A stretch of 64,000 nucleotides of DNA from a virus, in the IMG/VR virus record IMGVR_UViG_2721755586_000001, positions 24,063 through 88,062 of that record; one strand, written 5' to 3'. This document shows, in pieces, positions 1 to 12,800 of this stretch. Position numbers and translations under genes: made by a program. The first letter of the stretch is position 1; each line of letters begins with the position of its first letter. Under the pieces are notes generated by a model that ran no database searches, was not told the DNA's origin, and was given only the letters and a program-made list of their open reading frames with translations.

Positions 1-250
1 CATTCGAACCAACATGATAGGCCAGCTCACTGTTCGGCAAACATTGAATTACTTTTGTGCCTTCTACAATGTAATGTGCTGAGCCAAACCCAGAAGTGCC
101 ACTTTTACGATTATTAAAGAAGTTGCGGTTTCCTTCTGCACTTGATCCTGGGTTAGCAACCCAGTGGATTACTACAGCTTTCACACCTTTTAAAGCTGTT
201 TGAGGTCTGGAGTATTTGTTGGGAGTCAACAAACTTTGAATAATGTTCAT
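1..250 (-). CDS. blyA: N-acetylmuramoyl-L-alanine amidase endolysin, N-terminal part (runs off the window)
   Basis: Manual translation MNIIQSLLTPNKYSRPQTALKGVKAVVIHWVANPGSSAEGNRNFF...SAHYIV...LAYHVG has Amidase_2 Zn-site motifs. RBS TGGAGG upstream; sits at the end of the tail module as in SPbeta. Confidence 0.88.
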   Translation of the reverse strand, partial: MNIIQSLLTPNKYSRPQTALKGVKAVVIHWVANPGSSAEGNRNFFNNRKSGTSGFGSAHYIVEGTKVIQCLPNSELAYHVGSN

Positions 251-379
251 TAAGTAAATTCCTCCAATTAATTTTTTGAGCACAAAAAGAGAGCAGGGGA
301 TAACCCAAGCTCTCTCGTTCTCACACATGCTCTGTCTTTCTCTGTTATGTATTGAATATATTCCTATAAAATCATAGTT

Positions 380-2497
380 TTATTTCAATAATGCAGCCTT
401 AAGTTCACGCATCTCTTGCTGCATCTTTTGGGTTTCACGTCTCATTAGAGCCATTTCTAGGAATTGACACTCATCAGCACGAATGCCCCACATGTATCCG
501 CCTTTTACGACTTCAATTGTGTCTCCAGTGAACTCACCTGTTTTAGGGTCTACCTTGTTTACAAATTCAGAATCCCACTTGTCATAACAAAGTAATCCAA
601 TTTCAGTTGCATCCAAGCCATGCTTTTTAAACACTTCATCAATTTTCTGAGCAATGACACCAATATGCCATCTTGCAGAACTTCCTTTTTCACTTACTGC
701 ATCTTTAAATTTAAATCTACAGAAATTAACTTCAGACCAAGCATCCAGCCATTCATCAGGAATACTAGTAATGTTTTGTTTGTATCTTTCATCAGAAGTG
801 TTGATCGTTCCATTTGAAGCATAGATGTTTGCCCATCGTCTAGAAGGCGCACCTAACGACTGAGAAGCATCAGTGTCTGGTCGCAAGTTTGCACGAACGT
901 TCATAATGTTATTTCCCATATCACCATAGATGAAAGGAGAGGCATTGCCGTCATTTCCATAATCAATCCACAATAATCGATCTTGGTTACTGTTAGGCAT
1001 CGCTTTATTCCCAATGATAATAGAGTTATTGCCAGTATAGTTAATGCCAGCTTCCGTTCCTACAACAACGTTTCGACTGCCATTTGCACCGTTTAGAAGT
1101 GTTCTAGCACCGATAGAGACGTTTGCTTCGCCGTCTGTTTTATTTTGATGAGCATATGTTCCAATAACAGTATTTAAAGTATGAGACGCATTCTTATTTC
1201 CGTTTGATCTTTGTCCAGCTTGATGTCCAATGAATATATTTCTAGTGCCGAAAACATCATAACCCATTGCGTTATTGCCGATAACAATGTTCTTTTGACC
1301 AGTTTGGTTGTACTTCATTGCATTTCTGCCAATACCGATATTTTCTTTACCAGCAAGGTTGTTGGCCAAAGCAAATGCACCAATAGCAGTACATCTTTCG
1401 GTAGTATAAGATCTTGCTAGAGCTTGATACCCAATTGCGGTATTATGGATGCCTCTAACCAATTGAAGCAAGGCGTTACGGCCAATGCCAGTATTCCCTA
1501 GCACTTGAGATGAAGAAGTTGCTGCAGGGAATCCTCCGCCCTCGTTAACAATAACTGCACCTTGAGGAGCAGGGTATCCTGTAGGCTGAATCAGCTTTTC
1601 AACTTCAGGGTTCATCTGCTTAAGAATGTAAGAGTCCGTCCCTGAAATATTCCAAATATTATTCAAATCTTTTTCATTAAGCCACAACTCATGTCTAGAT
1701 ACTATAGGATCCTTAATACCAGCCCATTTTAAGGAGTTGTTGCCTATAGCAGTGGTACGGCTGTAATAACTACCTTGAGCTAACGAACTTCCACCAAGTG
1801 AAACGTTTGAGTATTGTGTTTGGTTATTCATTTGAGATAAGAAGCCAATAGCGGTATTTTGCTTACCAGAAGTAAGGTTTCTTAAAGAATCTTCCCCTGT
1901 AGATGTGTTGCCGTAAGCGTCTAAAGTAATTTTATATCCTGAATTTTTTCCATAGAATTCATTGAGGATAGGAAGAGGGGTAGAGGTAAGAGGGAACAGA
2001 CGTTGATCTCTTTTTTGACTTGGGGGAGCCGTAGCATTAAAAGCTTCTCTTTCTTTGACAATAAGGAATGCGCCGTTACCGAAGTAATTGCCTTTTAAGT
2101 CGGCTTGATCAGCTAAATAAGTACCTGGTGGAACGAAGATCGGATACTCATTGTTAGATAGAGCTTCTGCAGCAAGGAAAGCTGGAGTGTCATCTGTTTC
2201 ACCGTCTCCAACTGCACCAAGCCATTTAACGTTAATCCCACGTTGGTTTAGTTCTTTTTTAATTGTATCTACAATACTTCCAGTATCTCCTGCAAGCTCG
2301 CCAATGTCTCCAATTAAGTCAGCCATTTCTTTCAGCTTATCAGTAGTTGTTGTAGACAGGTTTGTTACTGAATCTAGAATTCCATCAAATTTGGCTTTAA
2401 TTTCAGGTGCGGTATATCCAACACCGTCAGATTTCAGCAATTCAATGGCCATTGGCACATATTCACCAGTAGCAGGATCTGGCATTCTAAAACCCAT
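380..2497 (-). CDS. Tailspike/depolymerase-like protein with beta-helix repeats and C-terminal intramolecular chaperone (peptidase S74) domain
   Basis: INVKWLGAVGDGETDDTPAF (pectate-lyase-3-like N-terminus); many NTAIG/NIVIG repeats; TSDERYKQNI...WHIGVIAQ and terminal coiled coil typical of S74 chaperones. YomE position. Confidence 0.8.
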   Translation of the reverse strand: MGFRMPDPATGEYVPMAIELLKSDGVGYTAPEIKAKFDGILDSVTNLSTTTTDKLKEMADLIGDIGELAGDTGSIVDTIKKELNQRGINVKWLGAVGDGETDDTPAFLAAEALSNNEYPIFVPPGTYLADQADLKGNYFGNGAFLIVKEREAFNATAPPSQKRDQRLFPLTSTPLPILNEFYGKNSGYKITLDAYGNTSTGEDSLRNLTSGKQNTAIGFLSQMNNQTQYSNVSLGGSSLAQGSYYSRTTAIGNNSLKWAGIKDPIVSRHELWLNEKDLNNIWNISGTDSYILKQMNPEVEKLIQPTGYPAPQGAVIVNEGGGFPAATSSSQVLGNTGIGRNALLQLVRGIHNTAIGYQALARSYTTERCTAIGAFALANNLAGKENIGIGRNAMKYNQTGQKNIVIGNNAMGYDVFGTRNIFIGHQAGQRSNGNKNASHTLNTVIGTYAHQNKTDGEANVSIGARTLLNGANGSRNVVVGTEAGINYTGNNSIIIGNKAMPNSNQDRLLWIDYGNDGNASPFIYGDMGNNIMNVRANLRPDTDASQSLGAPSRRWANIYASNGTINTSDERYKQNITSIPDEWLDAWSEVNFCRFKFKDAVSEKGSSARWHIGVIAQKIDEVFKKHGLDATEIGLLCYDKWDSEFVNKVDPKTGEFTGDTIEVVKGGYMWGIRADECQFLEMALMRRETQKMQQEMRELKAALLK

Positions 2498-2521
2498 TAA
2501 TTAATTCCTCCTTTATGTGTA

Positions 2522-3340
2522 TCAATCAGGCTTATACCATATCTGCCCTGTTTCTGGAGCTGCATTAGAAATGACAACTCTTTTCTTGGTAGGACTTAAG
2601 CTCTCATCTTGATACCAAATATAATTTAAACTGTGGGGCTCATAAGCACTCAAAAGAATGTTGAATCCTTCATAGACTTCTGAAACACCTATATCAACCC
2701 ATTCGAATCCATCCCAGCGATAAACTGTTTTGATGTTCTTAACAGCGACAGTCCAACCGACCTGTGGGTTTGGATATTCAACAATTAAATCAGAGTAGTT
2801 ATTGACAGATGGGTAGTATTTCTTCTTGGTTTCTTCAACGACACGTTCATATTGTGAAGTGATTTGACGGCACCAAGTAGTTATTTCTATACAGCGTTTG
2901 ATGACTCGTTCACACTCTAAAATTCTCTCGTTCATGCGAATAATGCAATCTTCTGCTTCATCTATTAATCCTTGAAGTGTCTCAACGACTGTATTACCTG
3001 AACGTTTAATCCAAATGCGTGCTGCAGGGAAGAAGTGAGCACCTTCGCCAACGTATTTAACTTGCAATTCTTTTCCTTCGTTAGAGGCATTAAAAAAGAC
3101 AACTCCCATCATGTAATCAACACGATAACAGTCATCTTCTAATTCACCATCTTCAATTTCTTTCCACTCAGTATTTCCGCCACTTACTACAACTCTATTT
3201 TCACGATTAGGGTTTTCAGTTAAAAATATTCGACCATTTAGAATAGAGTGGGTTTCATCATAGCTCATATAAGGATCATCGTAAGTGTTTTTTCTTTTGT
3301 GGTATAAGATTGGATCATTATAAAGTTTTGGGAAATCCAT
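2522..3340 (-). CDS. Tail/baseplate protein (YomF position)
   Basis: 272 aa ORF with RBS in tail operon; YPNPQVGWTV...VYRWDG motif common in phage baseplate/fibre proteins. Confidence 0.6.
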   Translation of the reverse strand: MDFPKLYNDPILYHKRKNTYDDPYMSYDETHSILNGRIFLTENPNRENRVVVSGGNTEWKEIEDGELEDDCYRVDYMMGVVFFNASNEGKELQVKYVGEGAHFFPAARIWIKRSGNTVVETLQGLIDEAEDCIIRMNERILECERVIKRCIEITTWCRQITSQYERVVEETKKKYYPSVNNYSDLIVEYPNPQVGWTVAVKNIKTVYRWDGFEWVDIGVSEVYEGFNILLSAYEPHSLNYIWYQDESLSPTKKRVVISNAAPETGQIWYKPD

Positions 3341-3357
3341 ATAGAATCACTCCTTTC

Positions 3358-6048
3358 CTATAGATTTCTATATGCTTCGAAGAAGTATGTGACTCCTTGT
3401 TTGTTACCTTTAAACGATGAATCAGAACCTGTCATAAATCCCATGTCTACAAGTCGGCCGTTTGTGTTGTCAGGAAGGTTGTTTATTCCTTTAAAATAGA
3501 TATTTGATTCGAATATTTCCTCCACATAGCCTCCACTAGTGCTCACAATAGCTAACGCAGGATCGCTTTGAACTGTTGATTTAATCTTAACCAGGGAAGG
3601 GGAAAAGGGAAGGGAGACTGTTCTATTTTGAGTCCCATTGCCGATATAAGTACCTGCGAAATTTAATTGCTGAAGATTAGACAGTTTAATCTTTCCGTTT
3701 GCATCTAATGCTGCAATTCCATTTGGTGCATCCTTATCAGTTTTTAAAATAAAGTCTTGGTCTGTATACTCACCTAATTTAGATGCGCTACCCGAAATAG
3801 ATGCTGAAATCACACCGTTGTCGTCTCTTACAGGAATAGTGTTTGGTTCTTCATGTAAAGCAGGAGTGATCCCATTTAAAGAGTCTGCACTACCTGCAGT
3901 CTGGACAATCCATTGTTCACCATCATATAGTTCAGATTTATTGTTTGCTGGGTCAATCCAAAGGGTACCTGCATCTGGATTTGAGGGCTTTTCATTTGTA
4001 GAAATCTGATACAATCCATTTACTTTCCCTTTAACCTCAACGGTACTGGAAGGCCTATACGGATTCTCATATGGCGCTTGCGGTTGAACAATATCTGATA
4101 ACAAAACACCGTTGGAACTAATTGAGGTTTCAACATTTCTGTAGGACTGTACTCCAAAAGTGAAATATTTTGTTGGAACTTGTGAAGTAAAGGTAGCTAT
4201 TCGTTTATCATATCTAACAGAAATTCGTTGCTCCTTGGCTAGCGAAGCACCAAACAAGTAGGTGTCTGAAGATGTATCAGGATAACAATGTACGATAAAG
4301 CCGTCAATGTTGTATTTATCTTCATCAGAGGTTGGGTAATTCCAAGAGACCGAAATATCAACAGAACCATTTTCATTTACTTTGTGTGATACGGATTTCA
4401 CTCCGATTGTAGGAGGAGAAGGAGGAATTGAAATGCGGTCATTACGTGCATTGTAATTCGTGGCAAGTGTATCATAATCGATTTTCCGAGTGTTGAATTC
4501 AGTAGATGCTTTATCAACTCTATAAAGCAATTGGATAAAGTCATCGTCTTTTTTAGGTTTTTTTCCATTTGAGACTGCTACAGAAATAGATGCATCATCA
4601 AAATTTAAGCTCATACCAGTTAAGGTTGCTTTATATTCAGTTGCAAATTGCTTATTTTGCACTCTAACAATATCACCTAAAGAAACTCTGTCCCAATACT
4701 CCTTTTCACTTAGAGCATTATAAAAGTTGACTATATTTGTTTTGATGTCGATAGGAGGGGATTTACGCTTATCTAACTCTTCATAACTCTTTTCGTACAA
4801 TTCCGTTTCATCGAAGATATTTTCATTAGTCCATTCATCTTCGTGAATAAATTTAGACAGTTCAATTGACAGTTTTTCACCTAAATAACTATCCATATCT
4901 AACTTGTTTCTAAGTTGTTGAATCTGGTCATTTATCGCAGAAAGTTCTGAATTACTCTGATCAATCTCAGCTTTTTTTACGTCTACCTCTTTTATCTTTG
5001 CATCCCTTTGCTTAATTAAATCCTTGGTATCACCATTAGTTTCTTTGACAACTTCGATTCGATCTAGGATTTGTTGTAATTCTAAGATTTTCAGTATGAA
5101 TAGTTCATTTTCTTGAGTTGTTTTGTTGGCTTCTATTCGTTTTTTTTCATTCAACAAAGCTTTAAATGCTCCAGATTCCTTGTTTACCATCTCATTGTAA
5201 TCTAACAGAGCATGACACAATTCATTGCTCATGTAGTCACTTTTTTTTACTACATTCCTGTTTTCATCACGTTGAAATGGGTTTAAAAAGAAGCTGAAGT
5301 CATCCAAGTAACCTTGACCTGTCGGATTTACTGAATTGATAACAATGCCGTCTTTTCCGGTTACATGAAGCCTAGTCACGACATCATCCATGCTTCTAGT
5401 ATCTGTCATATCAATCATAAAGTTATGAGATGAAATCTTAACACCTTTGTATTTAGATACACTGTCCTTTTCGAAGAAGGATATTTTATTATTGATAGTG
5501 TCAAACACAGGCACAGCGTCAAATGTTTCACAAATATTCCTTAGAAAATCAAACCTTGATGTAATTGATCCAATGGAGAATGATCGTCTTTTTTCATTAA
5601 GTGTACTTTCAATTTCTCCAACAGTCCAACCAGTTCCCTTAAGACAAACCTCACCGATTTCTTGGAGGTTCTTTGATATACCTTCATATTGCCTGATTTT
5701 TGGCTTGTTTAGCATGTAAGGAGAGAGTTGGCAGCTTACCTGAATTTCTTCTTTTTCTGTTGTGCTATTTTTAGTAATACTGTCAATCACATAATATTCA
5801 GTTCGGTTAAAAAAAGTAGCCTTAATCAAATACCACTGTTTAATAAGTTGCGCTATGTGATTGGTCTTTATTTCATCACCATATCTAGCTTTAAGAGGTA
5901 TGCTAAAACTCAAATCATTAATGGCTGCGTGATTTAGGTTGACTGAAGCGCTATTAAAATCAACAATATTTGCGATTTTCTTTTTGTTCGTCTTACATAG
6001 CTCTAATTTAAGCTTACCTGGCTTAAAAGTGAATTCTCCTAAATTCAT
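3358..6048 (-). CDS. Tail-associated hub/endopeptidase-domain protein (YomG position)
   Basis: 896 aa; DDVVTRLHVTGKDG motif of prophage tail proteins, central coiled coil; directly follows the Dit-like gene. Confidence 0.7.
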   Translation of the reverse strand: MNLGEFTFKPGKLKLELCKTNKKKIANIVDFNSASVNLNHAAINDLSFSIPLKARYGDEIKTNHIAQLIKQWYLIKATFFNRTEYYVIDSITKNSTTEKEEIQVSCQLSPYMLNKPKIRQYEGISKNLQEIGEVCLKGTGWTVGEIESTLNEKRRSFSIGSITSRFDFLRNICETFDAVPVFDTINNKISFFEKDSVSKYKGVKISSHNFMIDMTDTRSMDDVVTRLHVTGKDGIVINSVNPTGQGYLDDFSFFLNPFQRDENRNVVKKSDYMSNELCHALLDYNEMVNKESGAFKALLNEKKRIEANKTTQENELFILKILELQQILDRIEVVKETNGDTKDLIKQRDAKIKEVDVKKAEIDQSNSELSAINDQIQQLRNKLDMDSYLGEKLSIELSKFIHEDEWTNENIFDETELYEKSYEELDKRKSPPIDIKTNIVNFYNALSEKEYWDRVSLGDIVRVQNKQFATEYKATLTGMSLNFDDASISVAVSNGKKPKKDDDFIQLLYRVDKASTEFNTRKIDYDTLATNYNARNDRISIPPSPPTIGVKSVSHKVNENGSVDISVSWNYPTSDEDKYNIDGFIVHCYPDTSSDTYLFGASLAKEQRISVRYDKRIATFTSQVPTKYFTFGVQSYRNVETSISSNGVLLSDIVQPQAPYENPYRPSSTVEVKGKVNGLYQISTNEKPSNPDAGTLWIDPANNKSELYDGEQWIVQTAGSADSLNGITPALHEEPNTIPVRDDNGVISASISGSASKLGEYTDQDFILKTDKDAPNGIAALDANGKIKLSNLQQLNFAGTYIGNGTQNRTVSLPFSPSLVKIKSTVQSDPALAIVSTSGGYVEEIFESNIYFKGINNLPDNTNGRLVDMGFMTGSDSSFKGNKQGVTYFFEAYRNL

Positions 6049-6058
6049 AGCAACCTCC

Positions 6059-6850
6059 TTAATAATATTTGAATCGATAGCTAAATCTTATCAAGCATGC
6101 CCCCTCGATTTTGATTCTATTTTGACCTTCACCAAGAATCACATAGCTTTCGTTTGATTGTTCGTAACATTCGTAGCCCGTCACACTAGATTCCATTAAC
6201 TCTTTTACTGAGTCTATTTGTAGTACTTCTTTATCTTTTAATTTATCAATTATGAAAGGAGTTCGATACATACTGAGATTCGTGATTTTTAAATTCCCAT
6301 CACCTATTTTTCGAATCTCCATTGAGAGAGGGACATCTAAGTCTCCCTTATTGTCAAAAGTGATAATGTTATCAACTTTATTTGAAGGGTTTATCCAAGG
6401 TGTTGAGATTTTTGTGCTGAATTTAAAAGGGAGGACTTTCATAGTCAATCGTATATAGCCGTCTTCAGAACAGTTATGTACTAAATCCATAGTATTCAAT
6501 GGAATTGCGTAGTAAACGATATCTAAATTCGAGCTGAAGGAGAGGGGAGAGTAGTCAGTAACCGTCAACCATTTTGCAATTTTTCTTAGTTTCTTTTGAG
6601 TAAGATTTCTATTTTTATAAAATCCTTCACGAATGTTCTGATCAACATAAAAGTTCAAAGGCATCTCAAAAGGTTCATAAACAATACTGTCAACAATAGG
6701 ATCAAGTCTATCTTTAAGAAACGTTTCGTTAATTGTCTTTCCCGCTAAAAAGTTCTCTTCTTGTAGGCCACCATCAGTATTAACATTAACAACACCCATA
6801 TCAATAGATCTTATATGATTAAATAAAAAATATTGGCTTTCTTTTATCAT
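6059..6850 (-). CDS. Distal tail (Dit-like) protein (YomH position)
   Basis: 263 aa directly after tape measure; NKGDLDVPLSMEI and GEGQNRIKIEG...FSYRFKY pattern of siphophage Dit proteins. Confidence 0.7.
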   Translation of the reverse strand: MIKESQYFLFNHIRSIDMGVVNVNTDGGLQEENFLAGKTINETFLKDRLDPIVDSIVYEPFEMPLNFYVDQNIREGFYKNRNLTQKKLRKIAKWLTVTDYSPLSFSSNLDIVYYAIPLNTMDLVHNCSEDGYIRLTMKVLPFKFSTKISTPWINPSNKVDNIITFDNKGDLDVPLSMEIRKIGDGNLKITNLSMYRTPFIIDKLKDKEVLQIDSVKELMESSVTGYECYEQSNESYVILGEGQNRIKIEGACLIRFSYRFKYY

Positions 6851-6895
6851 TTAAAATCTCCTTAGTTAAAAGGAAAAGAGCCTGATTTCAGACTC

Positions 6896-9800
6896 TTATA
6901 CCTTACCTTTCATTTGCTTTAATCCTCTTCTGATGTTTTCCATTACACTGTTTGCGCCATTCTCATCACCAACCATTTTATCAATCTGCAAGGTTAGATT
7001 GTAAACATCGCCCTGATCATTCGACACAGAAGACATAACTGTAGACTGAGGAGCTTTTGTAAGTTTTGTGATCGCACTAGGAATAATGCTAATGGCTGAT
7101 GCTGCGCTCTTAACAATATTCGCTCCAGCTAATTTAACTGCTTCAGTTGGAACGCTAGACAAAGCCGAGCTCAACTTTTGTCCAGTTCCCCATTTCGGGG
7201 TAAATGGCACATCATTTTGACCGATGTCTCTAACTGTTTCGACAGCTTTAAGCATGTTAACTGAGTCTTGTTTATTGAGGACAATTTCTCCATCATCTAC
7301 TACAGCTAAAGCTCCTTGGGCTGGTACTTTACCAACTGATCCACCAGTCTTAAAACGAGCGATCTTTTGTCCAGTTGTATTACCCTTAACGACAACACCG
7401 AGAGCATTTGAAGCCTCTTTAAGCTTATCAATCAAATTGTTAGAGATAGACTTACCAATTGACTCCATATTTGAATTGATGAATTTAGTGAACTCAGAAA
7501 GCTGTTTATTGATATCACTAATCTTACCGTTCATCAATTTTCCTTCTAAATCCTTAAACCCACGCTCATCGTTTACAAGGTCATCATATTTTGTATTGAT
7601 TGATTTCTCATCTTTTTCAAGTTGATCTTGTAGCGCTTCTTTACGTTTGGAGTTTTCACGATCTTTTAGGAATTGATCTAAATCAAGCTGTTCTTTTTGC
7701 ATCTGTTCGGTAAGCTCTTTGACTTTCGACTTACCGAACTCAGAGTCATCTAACGCATATTGATTTATCTGATCTAAAAGCTTCTGGATGCTTTCTTGGC
7801 GATCTTTTAAATCCTTTTGGAACTTTGCTTCATCATCTTCCTTATCGATACCGTCAATGATATCTTGAGTAGCTTTACGATGAGCTTCAAGTTCGATATC
7901 ACGCATTTTTTCATACATCTCTTTATAAATGGAGACGACTTCATCTGCTAGTGACTTGTAAATATCTTTGATGCTTTTCTTGGTTTGATATAGCTCTAAG
8001 TTGTAATCCTTTTGCTTATCTTTCCAAAATGCGATCTCATCCGATATTTGCTTTTGGATTTCAGGGAAACCCTTAGCTGCTTTTTTCTGTTTTTCAAGCT
8101 GGGATATGTATTTAGCAGCTTCTTTTTGTTGCTGTTGGATCAGCTTGATTTGCTGACTATAGTACTTAACTTTATCTTTGTCTTCTTCAGTTGTTTGTAT
8201 CTTAATGTCAACATTCTTAAGCTTTGATTCAGTCTTTTTGACTGACTTATCAATATTGTTAAGAATTTGATCAGTTTTAGATTGAACAATGGTAGCTTGT
8301 AGCTCATAAACTTGATCTTTGATGCTGATGAGGTCAAGTTTAGCTTGCTTTAATTCTTCACGTAATTGATCACGTTGAGCTGCGTTTAATTGCTTATTTT
8401 GTTTTAGCTCTTTGTTTATCCAACTAACCTTTTGAGATTGTATCTTTTGTTGCGCTTCAACTGCTTTACGTTGCTCATTTGTATATTTTCTAAACTGAGC
8501 ACTATCATTGAGATAGCGACTGGCTTTAGATTGGTTTTGAGCAACTTTCAACTCTAAATCAGACTTACGTTTTTCAAATTCATCAAGTTTTGACTGAACG
8601 ATTTCATATTGTAGGTCTTGAATTTGGTCTTTGACAGAAGATAGGTCACCTTCAAGTCCCAATAAATCAGACTTAGCTTGCGAAATAGCTTGTTGACGTT
8701 CAGCTTCAGAGCTAGACAAATCTGAACCGATTTGTTGCATATATGCTTCTGGATCAATCGCTTTACCGTTTTTCTCAATCTGCATATGAAGATGAGTGCC
8801 AGTAGAACGACCAGTGCTTCCCATCTTGCCGAGAGTTTGACCAGCTTGAACCTTTTGGCCAGCCTTAACATTGAGACCTTTTTGCATATGCATATACTTC
8901 GCTACGGTGCCGTCATCTTGCTGAACAACTACCCAATAACCAGCAGATTTAGAGTATGCTGCAGTAAGGACTTTACCTGATTTCAGTGATTTGATAGGAG
9001 TACCAGATTTAGCAGCTAAGTCTAAACCCTTATGAGGCGAAGAGCGCAAACCTTTTTCTTGTTGACCGAAATGAGATGTTCTTCTCATGGAGTCGTAATA
9101 ACCAGCAGCTGAACCTCCACTAGAAGATAGTGAACCGCCCATTTGTTTAAAGTAATTGTTTACTTTCTTAACGTAATTCTGCGTTTCTTTAATAGGTGGT
9201 ACGCCGCCATACTTCGTTACATTACCAGGCCCCGCATTGTATGCGGCTAAAGCTTTTTCAATTGACCCGAATTTATCAAGCATTTGTTTAAGGTACTTAG
9301 TACCACCCATAATGTTTTGATAAGGATCTTTAGAATTCTTAACTCCTAGACCTCTAGCTGTAGCAGGCATTAGTTGCATTAATCCTATTGCGCCTGCATG
9401 TGAACGAGCATTAGGGTTAAAGTTAGATTCTTGCTTAATAACCGCAGCGATTAACGCAGCTGGAACATTATATTTCGATGCAGCTTGATTAATAATGTTT
9501 GAATACTTACCAGAGTAAGAACCACCTGAAGCAGAATATGATGAGCTGGAAGGGGAGTAGGATGAAGAAGAATCAACTATGCCCGTTTGAGCAATGTATC
9601 CAGATTTAATTTGTTCTTTAAGTAGCTTAATCTGACTCTTAAGAAGTTTTTCTTTTCTTTCTAACGCCTTGATTTCCTTCTTAATTGAATCACGATATTT
9701 CTGACTCCATTTAGGGTAGTCGTTGGTCTTTCTATTTTGTTCCTCGATCTGCTTATTGACTCGTTCTAATGCTTCTTTATATTTGTCTGCAACATAGATT

Positions 9801-12800
9801 GAATCTTTCGTTGATTTTGAAGCCTTGTCAGCTGAATCCGACATTGTTTCAAAAGACGTTCCTGTTTCATTTAGAGATGCTTGAGTTAAGTCTGACAGCT
9901 TATCTAATTCTTCTAGTTGATCAGTGATACCTGATAATTCACCAAGATCTCTTTGCGCTGCTTTAAATTGTTCGATAGCGAGTTGATCTTGCTTACCATT
10001 GGTCATTTTCAAAGAATCTTCTTTGAGTTTTTCTAACTCCGCTTTCTTTCTCAGAGCATCTTGAACAGTTTTAATGGCTGTAATTTCAGACTTGTAATAT
10101 CCGATTTTTTTACTTAATGCATTAGCTTGATTCAATAGTTCTTGCTTTACGGATGTTTGCATATCTGCATATGCTTTAACCTTTGCGTTTCGTAGCTTTA
10201 TTACTGCATCACGATTTATTTTCACAATGCCGTTTTCAACTGAAATCGCACCCGCTAAATCTTTTTCCTTTTGAATAAGCTTCATCGCTTCTGAAGCCGA
10301 GATCGACTTGCCTTCAGCCATTTTTTCTAGTAATCCATTGAGAGGGGATACCTGATCAGCTAAATCATCGTATACATCACCTTGTAAAGCTTCCATTGCT
10401 GCTGTAGCTTGGCCAGATTGTAGTAATTGATCTAATACATCTGTCGTAGCTTCAATATCACCTTTAACTTCTTTGAGCTTATCGGATAGATTTCCAACCG
10501 ATTCGCCTAACTCATCTACACCTTCACCATTTTCATTCCAGGTGACTTTCGCTGAATCGCCAGAATTCTTAGCCTGATCTAACGAATCCTTAAGAATAGA
10601 GTAGGAGAGGTTCAAGTTATCGACTTTCACTTTCCCATCTGAAAACTCAGTAATAAGAGATTTCAGTGAGTCTGTTTGTTTATCAAATTCCGAGCCGTTG
10701 CCATTGTTTAGTGATTTTTGGAGCGAGTCCATAATTACAGCTACTTGCTGCGAAAAGCTCTTAAGCTGTTCAGGACTCAATTTACTAAAGTCCATTGTGT
10801 TTAAAATATCGGTGATTGATTGTTTGATGTTTGGGTTAATATCAATGGAGTTAAATGCACTGATTACATCTAATACTGAAGCCTGAATTTCAGCATTTGC
10901 GCTTACTATTGATTGTTTCGCACGCAAGGCTTCACGTTCGTATTTGTATCCTTCTTTTACGTAATCATCATCACTAGCAAAGGGGTTTTCGAAGATCCTT
11001 GTAATCCAACTTGAGCCTTCTTTGTAGTTATCAGCTAAAGTTTTATTAGCTTCCATTTCCTTGTTCAGTTCTTTTAACTTTTTAATTTGATCTTCAAAGT
11101 TGGAAGTTGCGTTATCTTTTAAATCACGTTTATTGAAGTTTGCCATCTCTTCAGTGTATTTAATTGCCTCTTTTAAGGCTTCGTTGTTCTTAATAATGGC
11201 ATTACCTTGAGCATCATACCCTTCAACAAGGTTAGGGAATGTTGCTGCTAACTGTTGTGAAACTGATAAGTATTCCTGTTCTTTTTCAGGCGTTAGTTGG
11301 TTGTCATCTTTAGCTTTACGAAGTTCTTTATACTTATCGATTAACCCTTGAGTAGCTTCTTTATTCGTAGTCCAAGCTTCGATAGAGGTGCTTTGTGCAG
11401 TCTCGAAATCCTCTTGAGCTTTTTTTGCATCAGAATAAGCGCTAACCAATTTCTCAACAACAAAACCCAATGCAGCAAATCCTGCAATAGGTAATGCGGC
11501 TCCAGCTAAAAACATTCCAGCAGATTTTGCTGCTTTTCCTAAAGTGGCAAAAGAAAGGGAAAGAACTCTATTTGTCGTTGCTGCTATCCCTGCACCAGTA
11601 GAGTATGTTTGCAATGTAAGAGGGAGTGCTTTAAGTGCGTTAATGATTTGAGCGCCACTTTGCATAGCCGTTGTTCTTAAAGCATTAGAAAACAGTATAG
11701 TGGCCACTGTAGCTGTTGCGAAAGCAGGAGCAAGGAAACCGATATTTTTAACTAAGCCAGTAGTCAATCCCATGAAATTTCCTAGAGCTTCTGTAGAAGC
11801 GATAAGACCATCTGAAATGAAGGCATCACTGGCGGCAACAGCGAATTCAGTAACCGTATTTTGAAGGCGGTTTATCCGTGCCTGTAAGCTATCAGCATAC
11901 TTTTCTTGTTCTTTCCATGCCGAACCCATTGAGTTTGCAGAAGTGTTAGCTGCGTCTTGATAGATAGAGTAGTTATTCAATAGGGCGTTAAATCTAGATA
12001 ACTGATAAATACCCGCAACACCAATCGATGTGTTTTGCTTTTGGGCATCAGACAAGCTGTCCCATTTTTCTGCTACTTCGCCAATTAACTGACTTGAAGT
12101 TTTTGCTTCACCAGCTGCCGTTTGCACAGAGATGCCGATTTGATCTAAGGCTTTAATAGAGCTTCTATTATTACCAATTCTCGCAAAAATGGTCTTTAAT
12201 GAGTTACCGACTATATTTCCACTTTCACGTGTTGTGCTTCCAATGGCTGCTGTATAGCCGATTAAGTCATTCAATTCAACACCGAAGGTGGAAGCGGTAC
12301 TTCCAGCTTTTCTTATCGAATTAGCCATGTCGAGCGTGGAAATTGCAAAATTGTTGTCAACTTCATTAAGTTTATCAGCGATAGAAATTGAATCTTTTGC
12401 TGATACGTTGAAATTGAGCATGGCTGCAGTAAGAGTGTTTACAGTATCTGATGCAGTTAGATCTGAAATATTCTGCAAAACTTGTGCTGTTTTGGTTAAA
12501 TCGGAAAGCTCATCTGCCTGAAAACCCATTCGACCAAAACTTCCCGTAATTTCTAGAACATCTGATACTTTGTTTGATAATTCATTACTTAAATCTAATG
12601 AAGTTTGAAGGAGCTCATTGAATTTGTAATCTGGCAAATCCATGACTCTTCGGATATTTGTCATTAGAGTGTCAATTTCAACAGCTTGCTGAGTTATATT
12701 TTTTAGAGCTGTAATAGCTCCATAAAATATAGAACCTGACAGCAAATATGCTGGAATACGACTAAAAGCATCACCCAATTGTTGTCCAAATGTTGCTGCT

